From the human T2T-CHM13v2.0 reference genome, Homo sapiens, in assembly GCF_009914755.1 (NCBI RefSeq), contig NC_060941.1: a DNA stretch of 64,000 nt; one strand, given 5' to 3'. The translations under genes were made by a program, and so were the position numbers. How positions within the stretch are numbered: the first letter of the stretch is position 1; each line of letters starts with the position of its first letter. The notes beneath the pieces were generated by a model that did no database searches, was not told the DNA's origin, and worked only from the letters and a program-made list of their open reading frames with translations. Below, one piece after another: positions 25,981 through 36,700 of this stretch.

Positions 25981-26331
25981 CAGTCTTAGGACAGCCCGCT
26001 GGGCACAGGAGGCTGGGCATCCTGCCAGGTGGCAGATCTCTGCCCCAGCCTAGGCTGGAACCAGCTGCCTGCTGACCAGAGGCGGCCTCTCCCCTTCGGT
26101 CTAGCAGCCACCAGGGGCTCTGAGACCCTGAGCAGGTCACGGCAGGTCCTGAGTTCCCCATGTCCGCATCTATAACTCAAGAGATCCCAGCACTGCCCTG
26201 CCTCTTCCGTGGTGTGATGATCTGGACCCTGATAGGCCATGTGGCCCTTCAAGGGTGGACCGGGCCTGGGGGGGCTGCTATCTTATGCTTGGTGGGCATG
26301 GAAAGCAGTTGCTGCGCACAGGTGTGAAGCC

Positions 26332-26380
26332 GCAGGTCCCTTTCCACAGCAGGTCCCTTTCCACAGCAGGTCCCTTTCCA
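26332..26380. repeat. 17-bp tandem repeat x~3
   Basis: gcaggtccctttccaca repeated. Confidence 0.9.
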
Positions 26381-27889
26381 CTGGGCACCCTGGTACCTGC
26401 AGTGATGGGGGTGGGGGGAGGTGCACTCCTAGAGCAGACGGGGGTGGGTGGGGCAGTCTCCAAGCTCCGAAATGCACCTCCACCAGACCTTGAGCCTCAG
26501 GGTGATGTCACTTGATGTGCTGGGCAAGGTCCTGGCTCCAGGCTTTCGATGGGGTGGGTGCTCTGAACAGATCCTTACAATGAAACTACCTTCAGTGGTC
26601 ACTGTCATCGCCTTCCAGTTCTTCAGACCCTCACCCTTGTCCCAGCTTTCCTGGGCTGGGGGCTGGGCTCCACCTGCCTTTGCCGGTGACTTCCGTCCCT
26701 GCAGACTCACAATTTTCAAAGCCCTCTCCCCGCCTCCTCTGGTAGTCACAACCCAGTTATTCAGACTTGCACAGGTCGTTCGCAAGTCCTCCTGGAAGGT
26801 ATCTTGGCTGGAAAAGGGGACAAGGCCAAGCTTCCCCACCGCTGGATGCTGCGCTCGGCTCTGGAACTGACACCAGGCGTCTCGGGCAGGGCCACTGACC
26901 CGCAGCACACAGAAGCCAGCTTTGCCATCGCAGCGGGGACCGCCGGGCGGGCCAGCTCCGCCCTCTCCTGCCTGGGGGGCCCTCGGCACCCTCTGGCTCC
27001 CCTTCTCTGGCCTGAGTCTCTAGGGCCTCCCCAGTCCGGGCGGGGGTCTCCGCTGTCCCCCCCACTGGGTCAGGCACGTGGTGGCCGCGGTGACCACCTG
27101 GGGAAGGCGCCGACTCCGAGGAACACACTCGAGCAGGACGCTCCGCAGGTGATTCTGCCCCGCGGGCACGGGGTGGGGGCGGGATTTGGCCAAATCTGCA
27201 GAGAGTTTAGGTTGTCAAAGCTGGGGCGGGGGTTGCTACTGATACCCAGAGTGCGGGGGCCAGGGTGCTGCCAACATCCCACCATGCGCAGGACGTCCCC
27301 ACCCCAAGAACCACCCGGCCCCGCGTATCCGGAGCGAGGAGTGGGCAGCGCTCGGCAGAGGCCCCGGCGCGGCGGCTGCACGTCCTCCGGGAGGAGGGAG
27401 GGAAGCCGGGCTCACCGCCGGGCCTCCCCCCCGGTCAGGAGGGAGCCGGGAACTCCCGAGGCACCAACTCTGCGGAACGCGGGGCGCCCGGATCGCCTCT
27501 GATCACCGCCCGCTGGCGAGGCGCGGGGGACCCAGAACCGGCGGGGCCGGGAGCCTCCTTTACCGCTCCGCGCCGGGGCTGCCCGCAGGATGGGGCGCAG
27601 GATGGGGCGCAGGATGCGGCCCCGGCACCGCCTCGCGGGGGTCTGCGGGGGGCGACCGCGGCTCGCGTCGGCCACTACTTGGGGGTCTCGGGTTTCCGCC
27701 CCGCCCTCGCCTTGCAACCCCTCCGGCCCCGGACTCCGCTTTCCAGGCCGGGCTCTTCCCTCCGGACCCCGCTCGCCGCCCGGCGCGGCCCCCTCCTCCT
27801 GCAGCGCCCCCCGCCCCGGCGCCCGCGCCCCCGATTCGCTGCTGACTCGGTGTCTGCGCGTCCGGCCGGGCGCCCCGGGAGGAGTTTCC

Positions 27890-27940
27890 GGCGCGGGGCG
27901 GGGTCGGGGGCGGGGTCGGGGGCGGGGCGGGGCGGCGGGT
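27890..27940 (+). promoter_or_regulatory. GC-box (SP/KLF) cluster and G-quadruplex-prone tract in the METRNL TATA-less core promoter
   Basis: ggggcggggtcgggggcggggtcgggggcggggcggggcgg: several GGGGCGGGG boxes and at least 7 G4-G5 runs, 260-310 nt upstream of the ATG. Confidence 0.75.
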
Positions 27941-28050
27941 GGGCCCCACCCCCCAGCTGAGCCCGGCCGGGCGGACTCGGACTCGCCAACTTCAGAGGCT
28001 CGGCGGCGGCGGCGGGCGCGGAGCTCTGCGCGCGGCTCCAGCGGGCCGGG

Positions 28051-28095
28051 ATGGGCGGGCGGCCGCGCGGAGGACGCGGGGGGCGCGCGACGTGA
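28051..28095 (+). other. Upstream ORF (14 aa, MGGRPRGGRGGRAT*) in the putative METRNL 5' leader
   Basis: gggATGg (G at -3 and +4). Stop TGA at 28093-28095. Whether it is in the mRNA depends on the TSS used. Confidence 0.5.
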
Positions 28096-28200
28096 CCACC
28101 CGGACTCGAAGCCCGCCCCGCCCCCGCCCGGCTCGCCGGCTCCGGGGTCTGCTCCGGGGGTCGCGGACGCGGGGCCGGGCGGCGGAGCCGGCGCCAGAGC

Positions 28201-28370
28201 ATGCGGGGCGCGGCGCGGGCGGCCTGGGGGCGCGCGGGGCAGCCGTGGCCGCGACCCCCCGCCCCGGGCCCGCCCCCGCCGCCGCTCCCGCTGCTGCTCC
28301 TGCTCCTGGCCGGGCTGCTGGGCGGCGCGGGCGCGCAGTACTCCAGCGACCGGTGCAGCTGGAAGGGGAG
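28201..28370 (+). CDS. METRNL: METRNL coding exon 1 (45-aa signal peptide + start of mature protein)
   Basis: ATG at 28201 (gccagagcATGc) reads MRGAARAAWGRAGQPWPRPPAPGPPPPPLPLLLLLLAGLLGGAGA|QYSSDRCSWKG(S). Ends at donor AG|GTGAGT (28371). 170 nt, phase 2. Recognised as the meteorin-like N-terminus. Confidence 0.97.
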
Positions 28371-28950
28371 GTGAGTGTGCGCGGCGCGACCCCGGCCCGG
28401 CCCCCTCCCCTCGCGTCCCCTCCCGTCCCGGGCCGGCCGAGCGTGCGGGGGCGCGGCCGGGGGCGGGCGCGGGGCAGGGGCTCCGGGGGCCGCTCTCCAG
28501 GCCCAGTCCGGTGCCCGCTGTCCCCCGCCCCCGGTTCTAGAACAAAAGAGCCCGCGGCGTCCCGGTTCCCGGCCCGGAGGACGCCCGGGGGAGGCGCGCC
28601 TGCAGCGCGGCCGGGTGGGTCCCGGCTCCGCGCGTGTCCGAGCCTCGGGGGCCGCCGGTCCCGCGACCCCATCCCGGGGGCAGGCGGGGGTCGGTCCTCG
28701 GGCCCTTCCTGGCAGGCTCCGGGAGTTGCGCGCCCCGAGGCCGCCCCGGGCCAGAGCGGGAAGGGACGGCCGCGGGAGGGAGCGGCGGTTTCGGGGATCG
28801 GGCGCGGACCGCAGCGGGGGCCACTTCCGTCTCGGGGAGCCGCGGGCGGGCACCTGTGAGCCGGGCCGAGTGTGGCTCCGGCCGGGCCCCCCGCCCCTGC
28901 CCCGTGAAGGTCAGGCCGCCCTTGGCCGCGGCGCGCGCTGCGCTGGGCGA

Positions 28951-29010
28951 CCCCCCCCCCCCCCCACCCGCGGTGGCGGCCGAGGACTTTTTTTTTTTTT
29001 TTTTTTTTTT
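28951..29010. repeat. Homopolymers C15 (28951-28965) and T23 (28988-29010)
   Basis: Directly visible in METRNL intron 1. Confidence 0.95.
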
Positions 29011-32000
29011 GACTCAAGCGTGGCCGCCGAGAGCGGCGCCGACCGCGACTGCCCCTCGGGAGCCGCCGCCGCTCCCACGCGAAGCCCAGGGCGCCGAGGG
29101 CACCGCGGCCGAACCCGCCCTGCGCGAGCCTCGCAGTCGCCAGTTCCGGGGTTCGCAGATGCGCGGGGACCCGAGTGACGCGCGCCTCCCGGAGAGCCGT
29201 GGCCGGGCTGGCCCGGGCCTGGGTCCCGCTTCCCCTCGGCGCGGCCCCCGCCCCCGCCCCCGCCCCCGCCGCGGGCCGAGTCACGCGGTGATGTCGAGCG
29301 AAGCTGTTTTCCGAGAAGGTCGGGGCAGAGCCGGTGCGGGGCGGGTGGTGTCCGCGGGGCGGGCGCAGGTCTCCCCGCAGCCGCAGCCTCCGTTCCGGGT
29401 CCCCGCGAAGCCACAGTCGCCCCCCAGCGCCCCCGGCGGAGCCTCCCCGGGGGAAGGGGCGTGGCGCTGGGGGGCAGAGTCGCCCCGAGGGCCGTGGGCG
29501 GTGCCCGGCTGTCCCGGGAGCGGCCGCCTCCCTTCTCGGCCGAGCGGGGCCGCGGGCGGATGGAGGTCTGGGGGGGGTCGGCCGGGAACGCCGGCGCCGG
29601 GAGCCTCCGAGGCCGACGGCTCTTCTGGGGCCGCCCCTGCCCCCGCGGAGTGATTCAGCCCCGGCTCGCTGCCTCTGCCCGGCGGGTCGGTGCATCCCCG
29701 AACCGAGGCCCGGGGCGTTCCGCTCCAGCAGACCGAAGCCAGAAACGCCGCCCCCGCCACCCAGGCCGAGTGTGTCGAGAAGGGGCCGGCGCCCTTTTCA
29801 GGGTGTCAGGGGACTGTGTGCCCGGTAGGAGGGGGCGCCTCCCGGAGCCCGAAGGGAGGGCGCGGTAGGCAGCCGAGGGTGGCGGGGAGGCCACCCCTCC
29901 ACCTCCAGGGGCGGGCGGCTCCTCCAGGCAGGTGACAGCAGCGGGACAGGAGTGCTTTGCCCTCCAGGACCTGCGCACCCTCCTGTCTACCTGGAGGCCC
30001 TCTTCGCCATCGTTGCCAGTCCTGGCCTCAGACTCCCCAGAGGGGACCCCCCCACACACACACACAGGGGACCCCCCCCAACACACACACACCTGCAGAG
30101 CCTGGCAGAGGGCAGCTGTGGGGGCTGCTGGAGCTGCGGGTGTGATCTGGAGGGGACACGGGGCCCGGCTGTGTTTCTGGGGCGTAAGTGAGACTTCCTT
30201 TTGTTGTGGTCACTGCCCCGTTGATCCACACACGTCACGAATCAGTGACAGAGACTCGCTGTGGAAACCGGAGTGCGCTGGCCTGCCTGCTACCCTCCGG
30301 TGTTTGTGACTTTTTACCAGCTGTCCTGACGAAGCACAGGGTGGAGCGAGCGCTGGTGTGCTGGGTGGATTCTCATCCCCCGATAGCTGGAAAGTTGCCC
30401 CTCATGACACTGGCCACTGCATCGACGGCCTCTGTTGCTGGGTGTTTCTTCTAAGCAGTTAAGTAGGAGATGATGAAACCTCCCTTCCGTGGGGGGAGGC
30501 GGGACCAGCGCCCCGTCTTTATCAGCCAGTGCTCATAAATGTGGACCATGAACTTTCCCACTTGCTGTCAGCCCGGGCATCGCAGGTGCGGTCACACCTG
30601 GTTCGTCTCTCCTGCAAGGTGGGGAAAGGAAAGTTAACCTGCCAGTGGGTTCGAAGCCCTTCCTGACTTTCATACAGGAGCCGGGCATTTTGTCCTGGTG
30701 ACCCAGAGTTGTGGTGTGTGGGCTGGTGCCTCAACAACCCTCCAGTGCACCTGCGCCCCCCTTCAGTGAGTCCCTTTATCCACTTGGGATTTGCCCTCCT
30801 TTCCATGAAGGTGCCCCACAAGCATGTCCACCTGGGTGGTAACCCTTGCTGACTTTTAAAAGTGTATCTGTTCAGTCTGTTGATCCAACATCAGATCAGC
30901 CTTGTCAGTTTCCTAAAGTTGAACGAACCACGGTTTTGTCTGCACGCTTCAGTTTTATCACAGCAGAACTGTGTCACCTGCATCTCACGTGAAAATCACA
31001 AAATGCCCTCATCCATGACCATTAAAGATAGGTCACATTTTTGCAATGCCAGCAATTTTGCATAAACAGACTCTGTTTTCAGGTTTGCTGAGGTGCTGGA
31101 TATTTGGAGGTGAGAGATTTGAGGCACTCGATTTTCTGGTAGGAACCAGCACAGACCATGAGTCTCGGACTTCGTGCCGAGGTCTGCTGGGTCCCAGGCT
31201 GAAGGATGCATCGTTTAACTTTTTTTGTCTACACGGGTCTTGCGCATCATGTGCTACTGATTTTAATGTGAAAATCCCTACGTCAGCGGGTCTGGTTGGA
31301 GTCCCGTTGGTCTGGATGTTTCGGGAGAATGTGAGAGGAGAGGGGAGCAGGCCCTGCGCTGGGTGCAGACCCGTCTGAGTGCGCTGAGAAGACGTCAGGT
31401 GAAGGCCGGGGTAGCCGGGTGTCTTCTTTCTTCTGTGTCCACCTTCATTTTGTCCTCTTCCTCTTTTTGCCCAGTGTCTTCTGAGTGGGTGGAGCCAGGC
31501 GTGCCCACCAGATGCGGGTAGCATGTGCTAGGCCAGGACGGCCCCCAGGCTCAAGTCGGCCTCCTCCTGGGCAGAGGTGGGTTGGCTGCCTGTCCCCAGC
31601 TGAGTTGTGGCTGTTCCCCTCGCCTGCTCAGATGAAGGCAGTGCTGTCAGAGGTGACCAGAGCCCGCTCCCTCGACCTTCAGGACTCCCCGAGAGGGAGG
31701 CAACGTGTCAGGACGGTGTATGTGGAGAGAGGGTCGAGGCTCGGTGCCTGAGCACGGGCAGGAGGACAGTGGCCTCGATGCCAGAGACGGGAGGGAGAGA
31801 CGTGACGATGAGGCTGCATAAGAAGAGAGCTGACTGTAGCTGAGTGTGTCAGCCACTCACCGAGTCCAGTTTCCACACAGCACGATCATCGTGCCCTTGC
31901 CCACACACGTGTTAGATGAGCTTGTGTGAGCTTTATGGGCTGTAATTTGTGAGTCTGTTCTGGGTGTGTGATCCTGGCAGCCGGCTAGGCCTGGCCACTC

Positions 32001-33323
32001 GTGACCTGGGGCCTTGTCGGGGTGGGGAGAGGGTGAGGAGGGGTGCACCCTCGACACCACCCTCTGATGTGGCCTGCAGCCTATGAAGAGTGAGGTTTGG
32101 GGGCCCAGAGTGTGAGTCACCAGCGGTAAATGCAAACCATATGTGATGCATTTTCTCTGCTGCAGAAAGGGTTTCTGGTGACTCGCTCAGGCCAGGGCTC
32201 TGGAAACAGCATTGCTTATTTCACATAAAAATCCTAAGAATGTGGGTGAACCTGTCTGAGATCTGCGTAATAAAACACTTAGTTGAAGTCACCGGGTTAG
32301 TTCCAGGCCCACTTGGTTATGACGTGGCTGTTAGCCACGAGCTGGCATTTACGTTAAAGTGTTGAGAAGCGTGAGGGTTTTGATGTTTCAGTTTCTTGAA
32401 AATATAACTGTTTCTACTCAGGACCTGCCTCTCCAAGAGTGTAGCACACTTCATTTTTTTCTGTTTAGCATGTATGAGGGTGAACTTAGCTTGCTACTCA
32501 CACACTACTCACCCTGTGGAGGAAGTTCGCCTCGCTTTTGTGGTGAGTCTTGCTGTAATGATAGCTTATATTTACAAATACCGTCGGCAGTGCAGGGTCT
32601 TCAGGCTTGCAGAAAACGGTCAAGTCATTACTTTGAGAAATGTACAAACATCTATGCTTAATGAGGTGCTAAAAGACAAAACTCATCTACAACCTCCTTC
32701 CCCCCAAACTGCCAACACTCTGGATTAACTTAAAAGCTGCTCTCTGGGCAGGTTGCATCCCAGGGCTCCTCCTTCACACGTGGTGGGGCCCCACCTTCGC
32801 TTTACCTCTAGCGTCCCAGCCCTCGTGGTCATCTGGAACCAGGGTTGGTACACAGGGCCTGCTGGCATTCCTGTGATACTCCGTGATATTCTGGAGGAAT
32901 CCATCCCTTCCCTGGGGCTCCATCCCACTGCCCCAGCACCTCCAGCCACCCTGATTCAGGGACATCGCAGAGATTGGTGTTTGACGCTACGGCAGCAGAG
33001 GCGCAGACTCTTGAGTGTTGGAGGGTGTCTGGAGGGCCTGGGGACAAGCACCGCCTGCACTCCCGGGAGCTCGGCCCCGCCCCACCATGGCTCTTGGTGC
33101 AGGTGCACTGGAAGGAACTGGGTGGGGCCCTTGTGCCGAAGGGCGGAGATGGCGCCGGCCTGCCTCACGGGCAGGGGTCCGTGTGGCACCTGTGGCCGGC
33201 AGCGGGTGGGTCCAGGAGCCGCCATCATTTGGAGCGGGTATCGTCCTCACTGACTCTCTGTGGGTGCGGGTGGGGTGTGTGACGGGAGCTCCGGGCCTGG
33301 CTGACAGTGTCTCTCCTCTGCAG

Positions 33324-33709
33324 CGGGCTGACGCACGAGGCACACAGGAAGGAGGTGGAGCAGGTGTATCTGCGCTGTGCGGCGGGTGCCGTGGAGTGGA
33401 TGTACCCAACAGGTGCTCTCATCGTTAACCTGCGGCCCAACACCTTCTCGCCTGCCCGGCACCTGACCGTGTGCATCAGGTCCTTCACGGACTCCTCGGG
33501 GGCCAATATTTATTTGGAAAAAACTGGAGAACTGAGACTGCTGGTACCGGACGGGGACGGCAGGCCCGGCCGGGTGCAGTGTTTTGGCCTGGAGCAGGGC
33601 GGCCTGTTCGTGGAGGCCACGCCGCAGCAGGATATCGGCCGGAGGACCACAGGCTTCCAGTACGAGCTGGTTAGGAGGCACAGGGCGTCGGACCTGCACG
33701 AGCTGTCTG
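33324..33709 (+). CDS. METRNL: METRNL coding exon 2
   Basis: Acceptor ctctcctctgCAG| at 33321-33323. Reads (S)GLTHEAHRKEVEQVYLRCAAGAVEWMYPTGALIVNLRPNTF...HRASDLHELS, inside ORF 33307..33849. Donor G|GTGAGT at 33710. 386 nt, in frame with exon 1. Confidence 0.98.
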
Positions 33710-36700
33710 GTGAGTGTCCTGCCTGGGGCGGGGGCGGCGGGCCTCGTCATCACGGGGCTGGTGATGTGGCAGGTGTCTCTGATTTCTTCCTGTCCCCTCG
33801 TCTGCTCAGCCTTGGTGAAAACCCTTCTGTGTCTGTGCTTCGGACATGACTGTTTTGCCTGAAGAGCCCCCCAGGTGGCTGGGGTTGGGGGACACTGGCG
33901 CCCGCAGAGGGGCCCTCCTAGGGGGTGTGACATGGTGTAGGGGGGTGTGGGATGTCTAAACTAAACCATCTTGGAAATGCAGCCTTTCCAACTAAAACCA
34001 CCTTTGAAAAGACTGGCCCATCTGGGTTAGTGTTTCGGGCGGCATGGCCTTGGCCGAGCGGGGCCTCTCTCCCTGGAGGTGTGTCTGGGGAGCATGGTGA
34101 GCATCCCCCTGTGGCGGCCGGGCCAGTGCTGGGTCGGACGCGCCCCCATGCTTGTGGATCGTGTAGCACCTTTGAAACGGGTGCTTTTGCCATTCAAACT
34201 GCCCTGGGAATTGGCTGGGTGTCTGTGGTGTCGGCTAAAGACCCTGAAACGTCCATTTTTGGGTGGGAGCTGAGGCTGGCTCAGCCCTGAGCGGTGCTGA
34301 GCTGTGACGCCCAGAACATGGGGCCACCCCCGTCCCAGAGGGGTCTTGTGGGTACGATAAACAGACAGCTTCCCTGTGTGGCCGGCAGGGAGTGGAGGTG
34401 TCACGTGGCGTCTCTGGACGCCTGTGCTTGGGGGAGAGGTCCTTCGTGGAGGGCTGTGTTGGTCTCTAGAAAATTCTGTGGGTAGACACCAGGAGGCATG
34501 AGGTCCTGGGAGGCACCTGTGGGCCGTGTGACCTCCATGGTCTGTGTGGCCTCGGACTCGGGTGTACAGACTTCTATCCTGAATGGGAATCCACATTTTT
34601 GTGTTCTATGTTCTTGGCCTAGATTACTTTTCATCTCTCTCTGAAATCTCTCCCAGGTAGACTGGTCATTTACAGAGTGAGTGTAGGACCGTCTGCCTGG
34701 AGTCCTGACTGCCCCGAGTCCCAGCTGGCCCATGAGCTCAGACTGCCCCTTGGGCCTCAGCACCCGCAGGGCTGGACGCTGATGTAAACTCAGCTGTGCT
34801 GTGGTTGGTTGCACGCTGGATAAAACTTTAACCACGGCGGCCTTTATCTTGGTCACCAACAGTTATGGTGGGTGGGAGACCTGGGGGAGGGGGTACCAGC
34901 CTTGCTCTGGGGGCCCTGGAGAAAAACTCACAATGAGGCGAAACCTGGAGAAATCCAAGCTCCAAGTTCAGTCTTTCTAACCGGAGGTAGAAGGTGCCGG
35001 GCCAGATGTTAGGAACTTGCAAACATTCTTTCTGCTGATTAAAGTGGTGATTGGTCTTGAAGACGTTGGGCTGCGGGTCACATGCTCTGTGGCCTGAGCT
35101 TTGTTCTGCTTCTGGGTGAGATTCTTAGAGAGGCTGTGGTGTAGTCCGTCCCTGCCACGCACACCTGGACGTCCACACTGGCACAGGCCCGATTTCTACA
35201 TTTCCAGGGGAAATTCAATGGTTCTAGTTGTCAGCTGGGGCGACCCTTACGGAGCCTGTGCCCTCACCTTTGGGAACAGAGACTTTGTCTCTCCTGCCTC
35301 TGGGGGTGGGGTCCGAGGCCTACAGGCCCTGTGTAGGCTGGGGCGGTGGGTGGGTTTGGGAGAGGCATGGGATGGTAGGGGCTGAGCTGCCTTGGGGTCC
35401 TGTGGGGTTGCAGGGAGGCAGCGGCCTCTTGTGAGGAGTGACTTGAGCCCCAAGGGACCAGAGCAGGCATTCGGCGGTGGGTCCTCGCTCACCCTCCGTG
35501 TGCCTCCTGGGCCTGTGGGGTCCTGCGCAGGTCTGTGGCCCCAGTACACGTCAGGCTGGCTTGGGGTCCCAGAACTTTGCTGTGTCCTGTGAGGCAGGTG
35601 CTTGGGTTTCCTTGTTTACACTTGGTGACCCTGCGGCATCTGCTTAAACCGAGCCTGAGGTGATTTCCAGTGCCCTGTGGGTGGTGGGTTGCTTATCCGA
35701 GGAAGCAGACATGCAGGGATCCTCGGAACTGACAGGGGCCCAGACTCTGAGGTTCACCGGGGGCCCCCGGAGCTGGGAGCCACGCCTGGCATCTCACGGG
35801 AACGGGCACAGATGCAGGCCCCTCCCTGGGCTGAGCACCTCCAGGGCCCTCACGAGAGGCCTCTCCTATCCTGATGGGGTGGAGGGGCAGGAGGGATCCG
35901 AGGAGGCTGATACCTCTCCTCTCCCCAGGGTATTCGCCTTTCATCAGGGGACGGGGGCCCCTAAGCCTTTAATGCTGCAGGAATGGGTACATAATGTGGA
36001 ATGTCGGTGCCGGCCGTCTGGCAGCAGTGACGCCATCCCCTGGGCCAGGCCGGCTCCCCAGCACTCTCCGGCCAGCGCCGCGGTTTCCCTTGCCTCCCGT
36101 TCCTGCACTTGCTGTAGCTGCGAGAGCCGACGGAGGCTGAGCCGGGCAGCGCCAGCCCCGCCGAGCCTGAGGTGAGCCTGAGCCTTTGGCCTGGCAGCAC
36201 GACCCACGGGAGGTGGACGAGCTCGTCTGTGCGTCAGAAGTTCCAGTTTGTGCTGACTCAGGAGGACAGAGGCTCCGTGGGCTGGAACCCCGGACAGGAG
36301 AGGGTGTGTGAGCCCCGTCCCCTGCCCAGCCAGGAGGAAATCCCCCGCTCCGGTGGGTTTCGTCGGTGTGATCGTGGTGCGTTCATGCTGCATAATCGGC
36401 TTCCTTGAGTAAACTGAGACACGCCGATGACCAAGAGTTGGCCGGAACACGGGGGCAGGCTGCTCCTCCAGGGGTACACACTGGGGGCCAGGCGGGAGGG
36501 GACCCGGCCCCAGGACCTTGGGATTTGGCTGACTACGGGCAGGACCTCTCAGCCCTGCACCAGCCGCCTCTGCAGGCGACACGGACGCCTTCCTTGGATG
36601 CTGAGGAAACCCCGCAGGATGGGGGTGGCAGAGAGTGGTCAGGTGCAGCTTCCGGCCGTGCCCAGACCTGTGCCCAGCAGACCTGGCTGAGGCCGTGTGG

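Larger units (their letters stand above)
27000..29950. promoter_or_regulatory. CpG island spanning the METRNL promoter, exon 1 and 5' intron 1
   Basis: Very high GC with abundant undepleted CpG (cgcg, gcggccg runs). Boundaries estimated by eye. Confidence 0.92.

Noticed and set aside
27590-29868. Long ORFs over the promoter, including the 567-aa antisense ORF 27992..29695
   Set aside because: Stop-codon scarcity in a very GC-rich CpG island. The poly-K/poly-F runs come from the T23 tract, and there is no recognisable domain.
30526-30585. Possible 60-nt cassette exon in intron 1 (atcAG|...cag|GTGCGG)
   Set aside because: Weak polypyrimidine tract and donor. It cannot be supported without transcript data.
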